Positions 1-9,838 of a DNA stretch of 64,000 nucleotides are shown here, in pieces. The translations under genes were made by a program, and so were the position numbers. Source of the stretch: Minisyncoccia bacterium. Lineage in GTDB: Bacteria > Patescibacteriota > Minisyncoccia > Phycocordibacterales > Phycocordibacteraceae. The notes beneath the pieces were generated by a model, which saw only the letters and a list, made by a program, of their open reading frames with translations, searched no databases and was not told the origin of the DNA. Each line of letters begins with the position of its first letter. The stretch's first letter is position 1. The stretch covers positions 76,173 through 140,172 of the forward strand of contig JBEKII010000002.1 in NCBI GenBank assembly GCA_050011835.1, written 5' to 3'.

Positions 1-204
1 TATGACGCCCTCACTGACGAGGTTGTTGAGGATATGCTCGCTTCCGGCATCGTTGACCCAGTGAAGATGCAGCGCATGTCGCTTGAAAATGCTATTTCTG
101 CCGCGGCGATGCTTCTCACCACCGAGGCGGCAATCGCCGATATTCCAGAACCGAAAAATCCGCCTGCTGGCGGAGCGAGCGGCATGGACGGAATGGACTA
201 TTAA
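1..204 (+). CDS. groEL: Chaperonin GroEL, 3' end (partial at window edge)
   Basis: Frame 1 reads [52 protein letters not shown]...GMDGMDY*; matches the GroEL C-terminus (G-I-x-DP-x-K, LLTTE, Gly/Met tail). Confidence 0.95.
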   Translation, partial: YDALTDEVVEDMLASGIVDPVKMQRMSLENAISAAAMLLTTEAAIADIPEPKNPPAGGASGMDGMDY

Positions 205-836
205 GGTTTCTGATTATAGCTCACGACCTCCCAGCCGTGCGTTTGCGAAAATATTTTCCACGGATGAAATTCGCAGATGGTGATACCCGCGTTATTCGAG
301 ACATTGAAGAATGAAAGCTTTATGAAATCAGCGGCGTGAAGCTGTTCACGATAGAGCATATACGAGATCAGCATTTTGAGAAACACATGATGCGTCACAA
401 CGCAGGTCTCGCGCGCTCCCTGGCGGGGAAGGAGCGCGAGACATTTTTTCGCGCGCTTCTTCAAGTCAATAAAATTTTCCTCATCGGAGAAACGGTAATT
501 ATCAGAATGATAGGCGAGGTCCATCTGATCAATAATATGGGCGACTTCTGGTTCGTCCTGGCTTTTCTCGGTGATTTCAGAAGGGTTGCGTCGTTCAACA
601 AGAAGAGGAGAGTAAATAATAGGTACGTTGAGATGTGTGTTGATGATTTCCGCAGTTTCGCGCGCGCGTGGATACGTGCTTGAGATGATACGCGAGATGG
701 AAAGGTGTTCAAGGTCGCGGCCCACATTCTCCGCTTGTCGCCGGCCGTTTTCGGAGAGTGCGCCCTCTTCTCCTTGGCGGATATGTTTAGCGTTCATCAT
801 CGTTTCGCCGTGGCGGACAAAATAAAATCGCATCAC
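201..836 (-). CDS. Histidine phosphatase (phosphoglycerate mutase-like) family protein
   Basis: RHGET motif at the N-terminus, RARETA, VVTHH; start is probably the ATG at 833. Confidence 0.9.
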   Translation of the reverse strand: MMRFYFVRHGETMMNAKHIRQGEEGALSENGRRQAENVGRDLEHLSISRIISSTYPRARETAEIINTHLNVPIIYSPLLVERRNPSEITEKSQDEPEVAHIIDQMDLAYHSDNYRFSDEENFIDLKKRAKKCLALLPRQGARETCVVTHHVFLKMLISYMLYREQLHAADFIKLSFFNVSNNAGITICEFHPWKIFSQTHGWEVVSYNQKP

Positions 837-953
837 TTTCAGTATACTCGCACTCTGTCACGTTTTGCACAGGGGGGTCTCCAAATAATTTAAAAGGAGT
901 CATACTAGAAGAAGCGGACGATCAACTCCCGCTTTAACAATCTTTCAAATCAC

Positions 954-1196
954 ATGAAAGCACTGCACAAAATAGCATTCGTCCTCGTCATCATTGGCGG
1001 ACTTGATTGGGGCCTTATCGGGCTCGGTGGCTGGGTGGGCGGCAATTGGAATGTCATAAATCTTATCCTCGGTTCGGTGCCGGTAGTTGAGAATCTCGTC
1101 TACTTGCTCGTCGGCATCTCGGCACTCATCCTTATCTTCAAGAAGAAAGGAGGCTATATGGCTAGCAATCCTCAAGGGATGTCCCAAGGGATGTAA
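954..1196 (+). CDS. DUF378-family small membrane protein
   Basis: LVIIGGLDWGLIG...YLLVGISAL pattern, two hydrophobic helices. Confidence 0.85.
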   Translation: MKALHKIAFVLVIIGGLDWGLIGLGGWVGGNWNVINLILGSVPVVENLVYLLVGISALILIFKKKGGYMASNPQGMSQGM

Positions 1197-1215
1197 TTAT
1201 TTGCGCGAAGCGCAA

Positions 1216-1250
1216 AAAAGAATCGCCGGCCTAATGCCGGCGATTCTTTT
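1216..1250. terminator. Intrinsic terminator, probably bidirectional
   Basis: Perfect 15-bp inverted repeat AAAAGAATCGCCGGC-ctaat-GCCGGCGATTCTTTT. Confidence 0.85.
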
Positions 1251-1346
1251 CAGAGTTGCAAATAAACGCAACTTATAGTATATTGTATGCGGATTTTGAT
1301 CTCTGAAAAGATGCTTAACATAGGAAAAGGGAAAGAGAGGTGAGTC

Positions 1347-1952
1347 ATGGAAAGAAGAATAGTTCAGATTTTGTTGGCAGTGGCGTTGGCAGTGGCGTTG
1401 ATTATTGTTTTTTCGCCATCGCCAGCAGGGGCGCGCGGCGGCGGACATGGAGGAGGGGGCGGACATGGAGGTGGAGGTGGTTACCATGGTGGTGGCTATA
1501 GTGGTGGTTTCCACGGCGGAGGCGGTCATTACGGAGGATACTACGGAGGATACCATGGTGGTGGCTACCGCGGCGGTTATTATGGCGGTTATCGTGGTGG
1601 ATATATCGGCGGCCGCTACCCTTATTGGGGGCCGTTCATTGCTGCAGGGTATCCATATTGGTACTATCCATATTCTTTTTGGTATAGGGATGCCTATTAC
1701 CCGGGTGGATATTCCTACTGGTATTCACCAGACCAAATTGTTGTAGACCCGAATTCTTATAATTATGGGTCTGGGCAGATGTCGCCCCCGCCGCAAATGT
1801 CGCAGGCGCCACCACCACCGCAATATCAACCTCAGCAGATTCCGCAAAATGTTCCTCCTCCGCCACCTGCAATGGCTCAACCGCCCCAGTCGGGGGAGAA
1901 GCTTTGTCGGGCACCGGAAAACGGCGGGTGGAAGTATTTTACCTGCCCGTGA
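1347..1952 (+). CDS. Secreted low-complexity Gly/Tyr-rich and Pro/Gln-rich protein
   Basis: Signal peptide, GGH/GGY repeats, PPPPQ tract, SD-like GAGGTG upstream. Confidence 0.75.
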   Translation: MERRIVQILLAVALAVALIIVFSPSPAGARGGGHGGGGGHGGGGGYHGGGYSGGFHGGGGHYGGYYGGYHGGGYRGGYYGGYRGGYIGGRYPYWGPFIAAGYPYWYYPYSFWYRDAYYPGGYSYWYSPDQIVVDPNSYNYGSGQMSPPPQMSQAPPPPQYQPQQIPQNVPPPPPAMAQPPQSGEKLCRAPENGGWKYFTCP

Positions 1953-1958
1953 AAGGAG

Positions 1959-2285
1959 ATGAACGTGAAAAAAATAATTGCTGTCATGGTTGTTGCTGTG
2001 GTCGTGGTAATGCTTGCGTTACCGCAAGTGGCGCAAGCTCACTGGCACGGTGGTCCCTGCATACTCGGGCTTGCTGGACTTTTCGCCCTTCTCTTCGGGT
2101 GGGCAGTAACCCATCCTCAACCTCCTCCGCGACCCGTTGTCATCGTTCAGCCGCCCTCGGCTCCTACGGTTCAGTGCTTCAAGATGGTTAATGGACACTG
2201 GGAACCGCGGAAGAGTGAAGACGGAAAGTACCACGAGGAATTCGTTCCAGAACCGGAACATAAAGTCCCGGTTTCCTGCCAATAG
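1959..2285 (+). CDS. Hypothetical exported/membrane protein
   Basis: Signal peptide (AQA), second hydrophobic segment, Pro-rich linker, AGGAG upstream. Confidence 0.7.
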   Translation: MNVKKIIAVMVVAVVVVMLALPQVAQAHWHGGPCILGLAGLFALLFGWAVTHPQPPPRPVVIVQPPSAPTVQCFKMVNGHWEPRKSEDGKYHEEFVPEPEHKVPVSCQ

Positions 2286-2380
2286 CGAAACCGAAAAAGG
2301 TTGGGCATTTCTTCTGAGGAGCCCGCAACTGCATCCCGCAGTTGTTCTGGGCTCCTTTTTTAAATGCAAAAAATCTTTTG

Positions 2381-2471
2381 CGGATGGGGAGGGATTCGAA
2401 CCCTCGATACGGGTTTTAAACCGTATAATGGATTAGCAATCCATCACTTTCAGCCTCTCAGTCACCCATCC
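2381..2471 (-). tRNA. tRNA-Ser(GCT)
   Basis: Reverse complement GGATGGGTGACTGAGAGGCTGAAAGTGATGGATTGCTAATCCAT...GGTTCGAATCCCTCCCCATCCG; long variable arm, anticodon GCT. Confidence 0.95.
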
Positions 2472-2479
2472 TCGTACTG

Positions 2480-3481
2480 TTATCCTACTGCATTTTCGTA
2501 TCTTCTCAAATGCTTTGGATTATGACTGCCTATAATTAAGAAGTACCGTTTCATATCTCCGATACTATCAAGACGAACATCATGGCCGGTTATTCTTGAA
2601 TGAAGTCCGAATTTCCCCAGAAGAGCGTGCACAGAACGTCGCAACGGTTTCGAGGCACTTGTAAATGACAGTTTTTTGTAAGCGTACCATGTGTCTTTCA
2701 CGCGATACCGATGTGTAAAAATGGATCCATCTGTATCAATAAGTCCTCGTAGGCACGCCATCGCGAATTTTTTATCGCGCTTGATCCACACAGGAATGTC
2801 GAATTGTTGTCTGACTTTATTTCCTATCGGCAACCCTAATTCGTGCAAATATCGCACCAGTTCTGTTCTGGATACAACAATGTCGTTTACAGAATTTTTT
2901 GGTGAGTGATAAATACTCGGCGTTATTCTGAAAAGTTTCTTAATAAGATTCACTACAAATATGACATATTCCAAGTCATCGATATGATGAAGAGTAATTA
3001 TGATTTGATATTTGCTAATGCCACCATCACCCATCATGATGCCTATAAACTCAGCGAGTTTCTCACTGCGATGCGGTCTGCGAATATTTTTCGGCTCGAG
3101 GATAGGATTCCTTTTGAACTTTCCTGTAGTTTCCCACCATAGATGCCATTGTTCTTTCCGATACTTTTCGTTGCGTGGAATACAACCATATTTTTTTATG
3201 ACCGCAGCGAGACCCATTTTGCTGGCTTTTGTAATATGTGCATATGCATCACGAGTGCAAATGTTTTTAGGGATCGGAATACATATCCGTTCAGAGAGTA
3301 AATGAACGACAGTAAGCGGCATAGAAAATTTTTCTCTGCGCCAATCTCGGACAGCCCGCTCAGAGCAATGGGAAATACGAGCCATATCAGCAATCGTTAA
3401 TCTTTCCCCCACACGCTTTAAAAATGTCTGTTGTTCGCCGGAAGGAAATACGACTCTTTTATCTTTAAACGTTTTAGCCAT
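2480..3481 (-). CDS. Two-motif LAGLIDADG endonuclease-like protein with N-terminal HTH
   Basis: LAEFIGIMMGDGGI and CLRGLIDTDGSI motifs; HTH-like TIADMARISHCSERAVRDWRR. Confidence 0.85.
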   Translation of the reverse strand: MAKTFKDKRVVFPSGEQQTFLKRVGERLTIADMARISHCSERAVRDWRREKFSMPLTVVHLLSERICIPIPKNICTRDAYAHITKASKMGLAAVIKKYGCIPRNEKYRKEQWHLWWETTGKFKRNPILEPKNIRRPHRSEKLAEFIGIMMGDGGISKYQIIITLHHIDDLEYVIFVVNLIKKLFRITPSIYHSPKNSVNDIVVSRTELVRYLHELGLPIGNKVRQQFDIPVWIKRDKKFAMACLRGLIDTDGSIFTHRYRVKDTWYAYKKLSFTSASKPLRRSVHALLGKFGLHSRITGHDVRLDSIGDMKRYFLIIGSHNPKHLRRYENAVG

Positions 3482-3520
3482 ACTTCCATTCTAACATACT
3501 AAATAAAGCAGAACGAATGA

Positions 3521-3885
3521 TTAATGAGCGAGAGCGAGCGGGACGATGTGTTCGGCGCCGGATTTTTTGAGTACGTCAATTGCCGCTTGGAGCGTGGCGC
3601 CCGTAGTGAGGATGTCATCTAGAATAATGTATGTGCGCGCGGGATCGGCGCGGCGTGTCGCTTTAAACGCGCCGCGCATATTTTCTTCACGTTTACGGTG
3701 GGGGAGTGCGACCTGCGAATCCGTTTCGCGCAGGCGAATGAGCATATTGGGCTTAAGAACGAACTCGGGCGCGTTTCGGGTACGAGTTTCGGGGCGACAA
3801 GGGAGAGAAGGTTGTCGCTTGAAATATCGCGCACCGCTTTTTCATCCACGCGCGGAGGAAAGAGGAAGTCCAGCCAATGAGTCAT
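3521..3885 (-). pseudogene. comF: ComF-family phosphoribosyltransferase-like gene, internally deleted and frameshifted
   Basis: N-terminus WLDFLFPP (3885) and C-terminus R-x-ENMRGAF...IILDDILTTGATL are in different frames; the middle of the protein is missing. Confidence 0.75.
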
Positions 3886-3912
3886 AGTATCGTCGTGGTA
3901 TTATTCTCGCAT

Positions 3913-4986
3913 ATGTCGCTCCTCGGAGGCATCTTTACGAAGAAAGAGAAGAGCGTTCTTGGCGTTGATATCGGCTCTTCATCATTAAAAGTTGTACAGC
4001 TGCGCAAAGAACACGGCAAGGCGATACTCGAGACCTACGGCGAACTCGCGCTCGGTCCTTATGGCGGAGGAGATGTCGGGCAAGCGACAAATCTTTCTGC
4101 CGAGCAAATTGCCGAGACACTGAAAGATTTGTTGCGCGAAGCGAAGGTAACGACCACCAGTTGCGGTGTCTCCATACCGTATTCCCGTTCTCTGCTCACA
4201 CTGGTTGATTTGCCTTTCAGTAAAGACCCGAAAGAACAAAAGACCATTATTGAACTTGAAGCGCGCAAGTTTATTCCTATGCCGGTATCCGAAGTGCAGC
4301 TGGATTGGTTCATTGTGCCCGAAACGGACCCTTCGCAAAGCGCAGCTGTGCGAGGGAAAGTTGAAGTGCTCATTGTTGCGGTCCATAACGATGAACTTGC
4401 ATTACTTCAGAGTTCCATCACTGGCGCAGGACTCTCTGCAAGTTTCTATGAAATTGAGATTTTCAGCACGATACGCGCGGTTGTTGATGAACCGACGAAG
4501 CCGGTTATGGTGCTTGACATCGGAGCCGCCTCGACAAAGGTATATGTCGTTGAGCGCGGGATTGTGGCACTCTCGCACGCCATAAGTGCCGGAAGCCAAG
4601 ACATTACTCGCGCTATCGCGGTTTCTCATAACGTATCTATCGCCCAAGCCGAGGTCTTGAAAAAGGAAAAGGGCATTGCCAGCGACGACGGACCGAGCTC
4701 TTCCGAACTTGTTTTTTCACGCATCTTTTCAGAAGCGCGGCGCGTGCTTATGCAATATGAGACAGAGCATAAGAAATCAATTACGTCTATTATGCTCACG
4801 GGCGGCGGCGGAGTGACGAAAGAACTCGGGACGTACGCGAAAAATATTTTTTCCATAGACGTGCGTGTCGCCGACCCGTTCGCAAAAACCGAAGCACCGG
4901 CGTTTATGCGTTCAATTCTTGAAGAAATCGGTCCGGAATTCTCAGCCGCGGTTGGCATTGCATTGCGTAAACTTACAGAGGTGTAA
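3913..4986 (+). CDS. pilM: Type IV pilus assembly protein PilM
   Basis: LGVDIGSSSLKVVQL, LDIGAAST, LTGGG, AVGIALR actin-like motifs. Confidence 0.93.
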   Translation: MSLLGGIFTKKEKSVLGVDIGSSSLKVVQLRKEHGKAILETYGELALGPYGGGDVGQATNLSAEQIAETLKDLLREAKVTTTSCGVSIPYSRSLLTLVDLPFSKDPKEQKTIIELEARKFIPMPVSEVQLDWFIVPETDPSQSAAVRGKVEVLIVAVHNDELALLQSSITGAGLSASFYEIEIFSTIRAVVDEPTKPVMVLDIGAASTKVYVVERGIVALSHAISAGSQDITRAIAVSHNVSIAQAEVLKKEKGIASDDGPSSSELVFSRIFSEARRVLMQYETEHKKSITSIMLTGGGGVTKELGTYAKNIFSIDVRVADPFAKTEAPAFMRSILEEIGPEFSAAVGIALRKLTEV

Positions 4987-5049
4987 TTAAGACGTTTTGC
5001 ACAGATGCTATAAACGGTTCTTGCGCGGGTATCGTATACTAAAGACGAA

Positions 5050-5625
5050 ATGCTTCCTCCTGCAATACCAACGTCATTCGTTCCTCATTCAGCGTCCGCG
5101 GAGCGCAAATTTCATGCTGACTTTTCCGGCGTATACGGTTTTTTCTGTTACATCGTTCTCGCTGTTATCTTCGCACTCGCGCTCGGTGTCTTCTTCTACG
5201 GAAGAATCCTCTCGGCGAGCCAATCCTCTAATGATGCCGCGCTCGCGAAAGCCGAAGCGGCGATAAATCCGACGACGATTCAAGGATTTGTTCAGCTTCG
5301 TGATCGTCTTGCCTCAGGGGAAACGCTCCTTAAAAATCACATTGCATTTTCTGGGTTCTTCGCCGCGCTCGGGGCCGTTATGCCTTCCACCATCCGTTTC
5401 TCCTCGCTTCATCTCTCAATTGACGACACGGGAACAGCGACGCTTGGGGGAACGGGCATTGCCAAGAATTTCAATGCACTCGCGGCTACTTCTATGGTAT
5501 TCGCTCAAGATGGGCGTATCAAGGATGCCATTTTTTCCAACATTGCCATTAATGCAAAAGATAGCTCCGTATCTTTTACACTTGCCGCGACGCTTGACCC
5601 GAAACTCATCGTTTTTTCTCCATGA
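5050..5625 (+). CDS. PilN-like pilus alignment protein
   Basis: Single TM then periplasmic domain; lies directly after pilM. Confidence 0.65.
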   Translation: MLPPAIPTSFVPHSASAERKFHADFSGVYGFFCYIVLAVIFALALGVFFYGRILSASQSSNDAALAKAEAAINPTTIQGFVQLRDRLASGETLLKNHIAFSGFFAALGAVMPSTIRFSSLHLSIDDTGTATLGGTGIAKNFNALAATSMVFAQDGRIKDAIFSNIAINAKDSSVSFTLAATLDPKLIVFSP

Positions 5626-6185
5626 ACAATCACATTCTTCCCACGCTCGCGCTCCTCATTGCCATCGGCATATTTTTTACTTATGTAAATCCCACATGGT
5701 CCGGTCCAATAGCGACGGCAAAGGCCGCTATCGCGAGTGATGGCCAGGCGCTTGCTGCCGCGAGCCAATACGCTGCACAACAAAACGAACTTGCTTCCGC
5801 CCGCAATGCGATTGCCCCCGCGGATATCGCGCGGCTCACCACGTTTTTGCCTGATTCGGTAAACAATGTCGGACTCATTCTTGATTTGAATGCGCTTGCC
5901 GCACGCTCCGGGATCTCGCTCTCCAACGTTAATATCACTGTAAATGCAAATAACGCAGGCGCCGCAAGTTCCGCCACCGGAGCTCTTCCGGTTTCCGGTG
6001 CGAGTCCAGTAGGTTCGGCTGATTTTTCTCTTTCCGCAAAAGGCACGTATACGGCGTTCCTGGCGTTTCTTGCCGGGATAGAGAAGAGCGAGCGCCTTCT
6101 CGATGTTCGTGACATTACCGTGGAGGGGTCCGATACGGGCGTCTACACATACCAAATGACACTGCGCCTTTACTGGCTGCAGTAA
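5622..6185 (+). CDS. PilO-like pilus alignment protein
   Basis: TM, coiled coil, FLPD, GTY..FL..IEKSERLLDV pattern. Confidence 0.75.
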   Translation: MNNHILPTLALLIAIGIFFTYVNPTWSGPIATAKAAIASDGQALAAASQYAAQQNELASARNAIAPADIARLTTFLPDSVNNVGLILDLNALAARSGISLSNVNITVNANNAGAASSATGALPVSGASPVGSADFSLSAKGTYTAFLAFLAGIEKSERLLDVRDITVEGSDTGVYTYQMTLRLYWLQ

Positions 6186-6198
6186 GCGATTTTATATT

Positions 6199-6492
6199 AT
6201 GAAATCAAAAAATCTCGTACTCATTATCGTCATCGTACTCATCGCTGCAGCCGGCGTTTACTGGTATTTCTTTACCGGAACGGGGAATCAGCCCACTCTC
6301 TTAATTGGAGGGACGGAGAACCAAGCACAAGCCCAGTTTGAGACGCTGGTCAGCGAGCTGACGCCGATTTCGTTTGATACCAGCATCTTTTCGGACTCGC
6401 GTTTCAATGCGCTCGTTGATATTTCAACGCCGATCACTCCGGAACCCATCAGCCGTCCCGATCCTTTTGCAGTCATTGCTAGCGTAGATTGA
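6199..6492 (+). CDS. Small membrane protein of the pilus locus
   Basis: N-terminal TM and C-terminal RPDPF motif (PilP-like); operon position. Confidence 0.65.
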   Translation: MKSKNLVLIIVIVLIAAAGVYWYFFTGTGNQPTLLIGGTENQAQAQFETLVSELTPISFDTSIFSDSRFNALVDISTPITPEPISRPDPFAVIASVD

Positions 6493-6501
6493 AATTGAGT
6501 A

Positions 6502-8292
6502 ATGAATCTTCTTGGATTATTTGTTGACAAGGGTTTTCTTTCTCCACGCGACCGTGCGGTAGTTGAAGCCGAACTCGCGAAGAAGCGCCCGTTCGCTGAA
6601 ATACTTGCCGAGTATGGCGTATCGCTCTCCGATGCGCTTGCAGAAGTGGGGAAAACCTACGGACTTCCGACGCGCCTTCTCGGTGACCCGCCCGCTAATG
6701 AAGAGGTGTTTAACTACGTTCCCTTCGACTCCGCTCGTCATTATGGATTTGTGCCGCTCGATATCGTGGATGGTGCGCTCGAGGTTGGCATTACCGACCC
6801 CGACAACATTGAGGCGCTCGACGCGCTGCAATTTATCTCCGGCAAAACCGGCACCCCTTATAAAATTTTTCTCATCACAAAACAGGATTTTGATCGTGTG
6901 CTCGATGCCTATCAAAATCTTTCGGGTGAAATCGGTAAAGCGCTTACTGAATATGAGACGACGACGAAGCCTGTTGCCGCCGAAACACAACAGAAGACCG
7001 GCGCACCCGCATCGCCACCTGAGACGCCCGCGTTTGAAGAAGAAGAGCTCGTTCTCACCGGTCCGCGCGAGGCGTTGAAGGAGGATGCCCCGGTAACGAA
7101 AATCGTCTCAACGATATTAAGATACGCCATTGAGGGTCATGCTTCTGATGTACATATTGAGCCCTCACCGAAGAAAACGCGAGTTCGTTTCCGCATGGAT
7201 GGCGTTCTCCATACGTCGTTGGAGTTGCCAGCGAAGGTGCACGAAGCGGTTGTCGCGCGTGTCAAAATACTTGCGAAACTACGCCTGGACGAAAAGCGGA
7301 AACCGCAAGACGGGCGCTTCTCGGCGACTGTTGAAAAGCGCCGCATTGACTTCCGCGTCTCCACTTTTCCGACGGAGTATGGCGAGAAGGTCGCGATGCG
7401 CATCCTTGACCAGTCGGCCGCAACGGCGACGCTTGAATCGGTCGGATTTTCGAGCGCAAATCTTGCCGTAGTCCGCGAAATGATGAAAATCCCTTACGGC
7501 ATTATCCTCATCGCTGGGCCAACCGGTTCGGGCAAATCGACAACGCTCTTTGCGATGCTTTCTGAACTTGACCGCGAAGCGGAGAATGTCGTGTCGCTTG
7601 AAGATCCCGTTGAATACGAAATTTCCGATGTCTCGCAGAGTCAGGTGCGGCCCGAGATCGGCTACACTTTCGCAAACGGGCTTCGTTCCATCTTGCGCCA
7701 GGACCCGGACGTTATTATGGTCGGCGAAATTCGCGATAAGGAAACCGCAGCTCTCGCCGTCCAGGCGGCGCTCACGGGACACCTCGTCTTCTCCACCATT
7801 CATACGAATACCGCTGCTGGTGCAATTCCACGCCTCGTCGATATGGGCGTTGACCCTTTCCTCATAGCGCCGACTTTGGTCGCCATCATCGGACAGCGAT
7901 TAGTTCGTCGATTCTCCGAGGGAGGAGGCAAATCTTTTCCGATTACGGATAGTCTCCGGACGTTTCTTGACAGGGAATTTATTGATTTGCCGAAAGAATA
8001 CCGAGATAAGCTCCCGCCATTTAAGGAGTTTTATCATGCGAGCCCGACCGCGCAGAGTCCTAGCGGTATCCGCGGTCGCACCGCCGTCTTTGAGATACTA
8101 CGTATGGATAAAAATCTTGAACAGGTCGTGCTCAAGGAGCCGGTAGAAGAAAAGATTTATGCCGCTGCGCGCATGGGTGGTATGCTTACTATGCGCGAAG
8201 ATGCGATCGTGAAAGCACTTACCGGCGAGATTCCCTTTGAGGAAATCAACACACTCGGCGGAGAACTTTTCCCCGAAGAGGAAGAAGATTGA
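6502..8292 (+). CDS. pilB: Type IV pilus assembly ATPase PilB/GspE
   Basis: ASDVHIEP, PQDGRF, GPTGSGKSTT, LRQDPDVIMVGEIRD, TGHLVFSTIHTN. Confidence 0.95.
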   Translation: MNLLGLFVDKGFLSPRDRAVVEAELAKKRPFAEILAEYGVSLSDALAEVGKTYGLPTRLLGDPPANEEVFNYVPFDSARHYGFVPLDIVDGALEVGITDPDNIEALDALQFISGKTGTPYKIFLITKQDFDRVLDAYQNLSGEIGKALTEYETTTKPVAAETQQKTGAPASPPETPAFEEEELVLTGPREALKEDAPVTKIVSTILRYAIEGHASDVHIEPSPKKTRVRFRMDGVLHTSLELPAKVHEAVVARVKILAKLRLDEKRKPQDGRFSATVEKRRIDFRVSTFPTEYGEKVAMRILDQSAATATLESVGFSSANLAVVREMMKIPYGIILIAGPTGSGKSTTLFAMLSELDREAENVVSLEDPVEYEISDVSQSQVRPEIGYTFANGLRSILRQDPDVIMVGEIRDKETAALAVQAALTGHLVFSTIHTNTAAGAIPRLVDMGVDPFLIAPTLVAIIGQRLVRRFSEGGGKSFPITDSLRTFLDREFIDLPKEYRDKLPPFKEFYHASPTAQSPSGIRGRTAVFEILRMDKNLEQVVLKEPVEEKIYAAARMGGMLTMREDAIVKALTGEIPFEEINTLGGELFPEEEED

Positions 8293-8321
8293 CGTAAGAA
8301 TGCGCTATACTCATTGATAAA

Positions 8322-8753
8322 ATGTCCTATCACATCTATATCGTTGACGATGATAAATTTCTTCTCGACCTTTATGCGGTCAAGTTTGAGAATGCCGGTC
8401 ATAAGGTGAGCATGTTTGGTAGCGGCGAGGATTTCCTGGCGACTCTTCGGAAAACAGATGCGCCGCCGCCCGATGCCATTCTTCTTGACCTTATTATGCC
8501 GGGCATCGGTGGTTTCGGAGCTCTTGAGGCGATGCGGAAAGAGAATCTCGCGCGGGGCGCAAAGGTTATTATTCTCTCAAATCAGGGCCGGGACTCTGAC
8601 ATAGAAAAAGCGAAGCAGCTTACCGCCGATGGTTATATTATAAAGGCATCCGCGATTCCTTCCGAGGTAGTTGCCGAGACCTTGCGCATTATTAATGCGG
8701 ATCACGCCGCCGTTGCCACTGGTGAAGTGACCAATGAAGAAAATCACTCGTAA
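8322..8753 (+). CDS. Single-domain response regulator (receiver)
   Basis: IVDDD, LLDLIMP, ILSN, YIIK receiver motifs. Confidence 0.92.
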   Translation: MSYHIYIVDDDKFLLDLYAVKFENAGHKVSMFGSGEDFLATLRKTDAPPPDAILLDLIMPGIGGFGALEAMRKENLARGAKVIILSNQGRDSDIEKAKQLTADGYIIKASAIPSEVVAETLRIINADHAAVATGEVTNEENHS

Positions 8754-8755
8754 TT

Positions 8756-9826
8756 ATGACCATGATTGCCGATAAGCGTCTCGAGGAACTTCTTGATATC
8801 GTCGTCGCGGAAAATGGTTCAGACCTGCATATTTATGCCGGCGGACCGCCAGTGCTTCGCGTTGCAAGCGCACTCGTCTCGGTCTCGAAATATCCAACAT
8901 TCTCTAATGAAGAGACCGAGGCGATGCTCAAAAGTATCGTGCCTGAAGGTCGCTGGGGCTCATTTAAAGAAAATCAGACCATTGATATTTCCTACGCACA
9001 CAAGAAAACGAATACGCGTTTCCGCGTCAATGGTTATTACGTACAAGGAACAGTCGCTCTCGCGCTCCGCCTCATTCCCCCCGCGGTTCAAACATTCGCA
9101 GAGTTGAATTTGCCCCCCATACTTGAGGTATTCACGCAACGCAAGCAAGGATTCTTCCTTGTCGTGGGGCCGGTGGGGCAGGGTAAGTCAACCACGCTTG
9201 CCGCTATGGTTGACAACATTAACAATTCGCGCACTGAACACATTCTTACCATTGAAGACCCGGTTGAGTATGTCTTTACGCCGAAGAAGTCGCTTATTCA
9301 TCAGCGTGAGGTCCATATCGATACTCCCGATTTCCGCACAGCGTTGGAAAGCTCATTTCGTGAAGACGTGGACGTTATCATGGTCGGTGAGATGCGCGAC
9401 CACGATACTATTTCTTCGGCGGTGACCGCCGCAGAGACCGGCCACCTCATTTTCTCCACGCTCCACACCAACAACGCTGCGCAAACCATTGACCGTATTA
9501 TCGATATGTTTCCTGCCGAGCAGCAAAACCAGGTGCGCGTACAGTTAGCTGGCTCGCTGGCAGGCATCTTTTCCCAACGGCTTATTCCGCGTATTTCGGG
9601 CGGACTCATTCCGGCTTATGAACTTCTCATTAATAACAATGCGGTCAGTACGCTTATCCGGGATTCAATGACTCACGAGATTGACACAGTGATTCAAACA
9701 TCTTCGCAGGAAGGCATGATTGACATAAATCGTTCGCTCGCCGAGCTCGTCAAGCGGGGAGAAGTGACGATTGAACACGCCTACGAGCGCGCTTTGGATT
9801 CCAAGACCTTTGAACGGTACCTCTAA
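8756..9826 (+). CDS. pilT: Pilus retraction ATPase PilT/PilU family
   Basis: GPVGQGKSTT, TIEDPVEY, HQREV, AAETGHLIFSTLHTN. Confidence 0.93.
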   Translation: MTMIADKRLEELLDIVVAENGSDLHIYAGGPPVLRVASALVSVSKYPTFSNEETEAMLKSIVPEGRWGSFKENQTIDISYAHKKTNTRFRVNGYYVQGTVALALRLIPPAVQTFAELNLPPILEVFTQRKQGFFLVVGPVGQGKSTTLAAMVDNINNSRTEHILTIEDPVEYVFTPKKSLIHQREVHIDTPDFRTALESSFREDVDVIMVGEMRDHDTISSAVTAAETGHLIFSTLHTNNAAQTIDRIIDMFPAEQQNQVRVQLAGSLAGIFSQRLIPRISGGLIPAYELLINNNAVSTLIRDSMTHEIDTVIQTSSQEGMIDINRSLAELVKRGEVTIEHAYERALDSKTFERYL

Positions 9827-9838
9827 ATCTATTTATTT

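Noticed and set aside
1430-1620. GGN-rich repeats as a DNA-level repeat element
   Set aside because: Explained by Gly/Tyr/His low-complexity coding with varied synonymous codons
2381-3481. tRNA intron encoding the LAGLIDADG protein
   Set aside because: tRNA-Ser is contiguous and complete; the ORF lies wholly upstream of it
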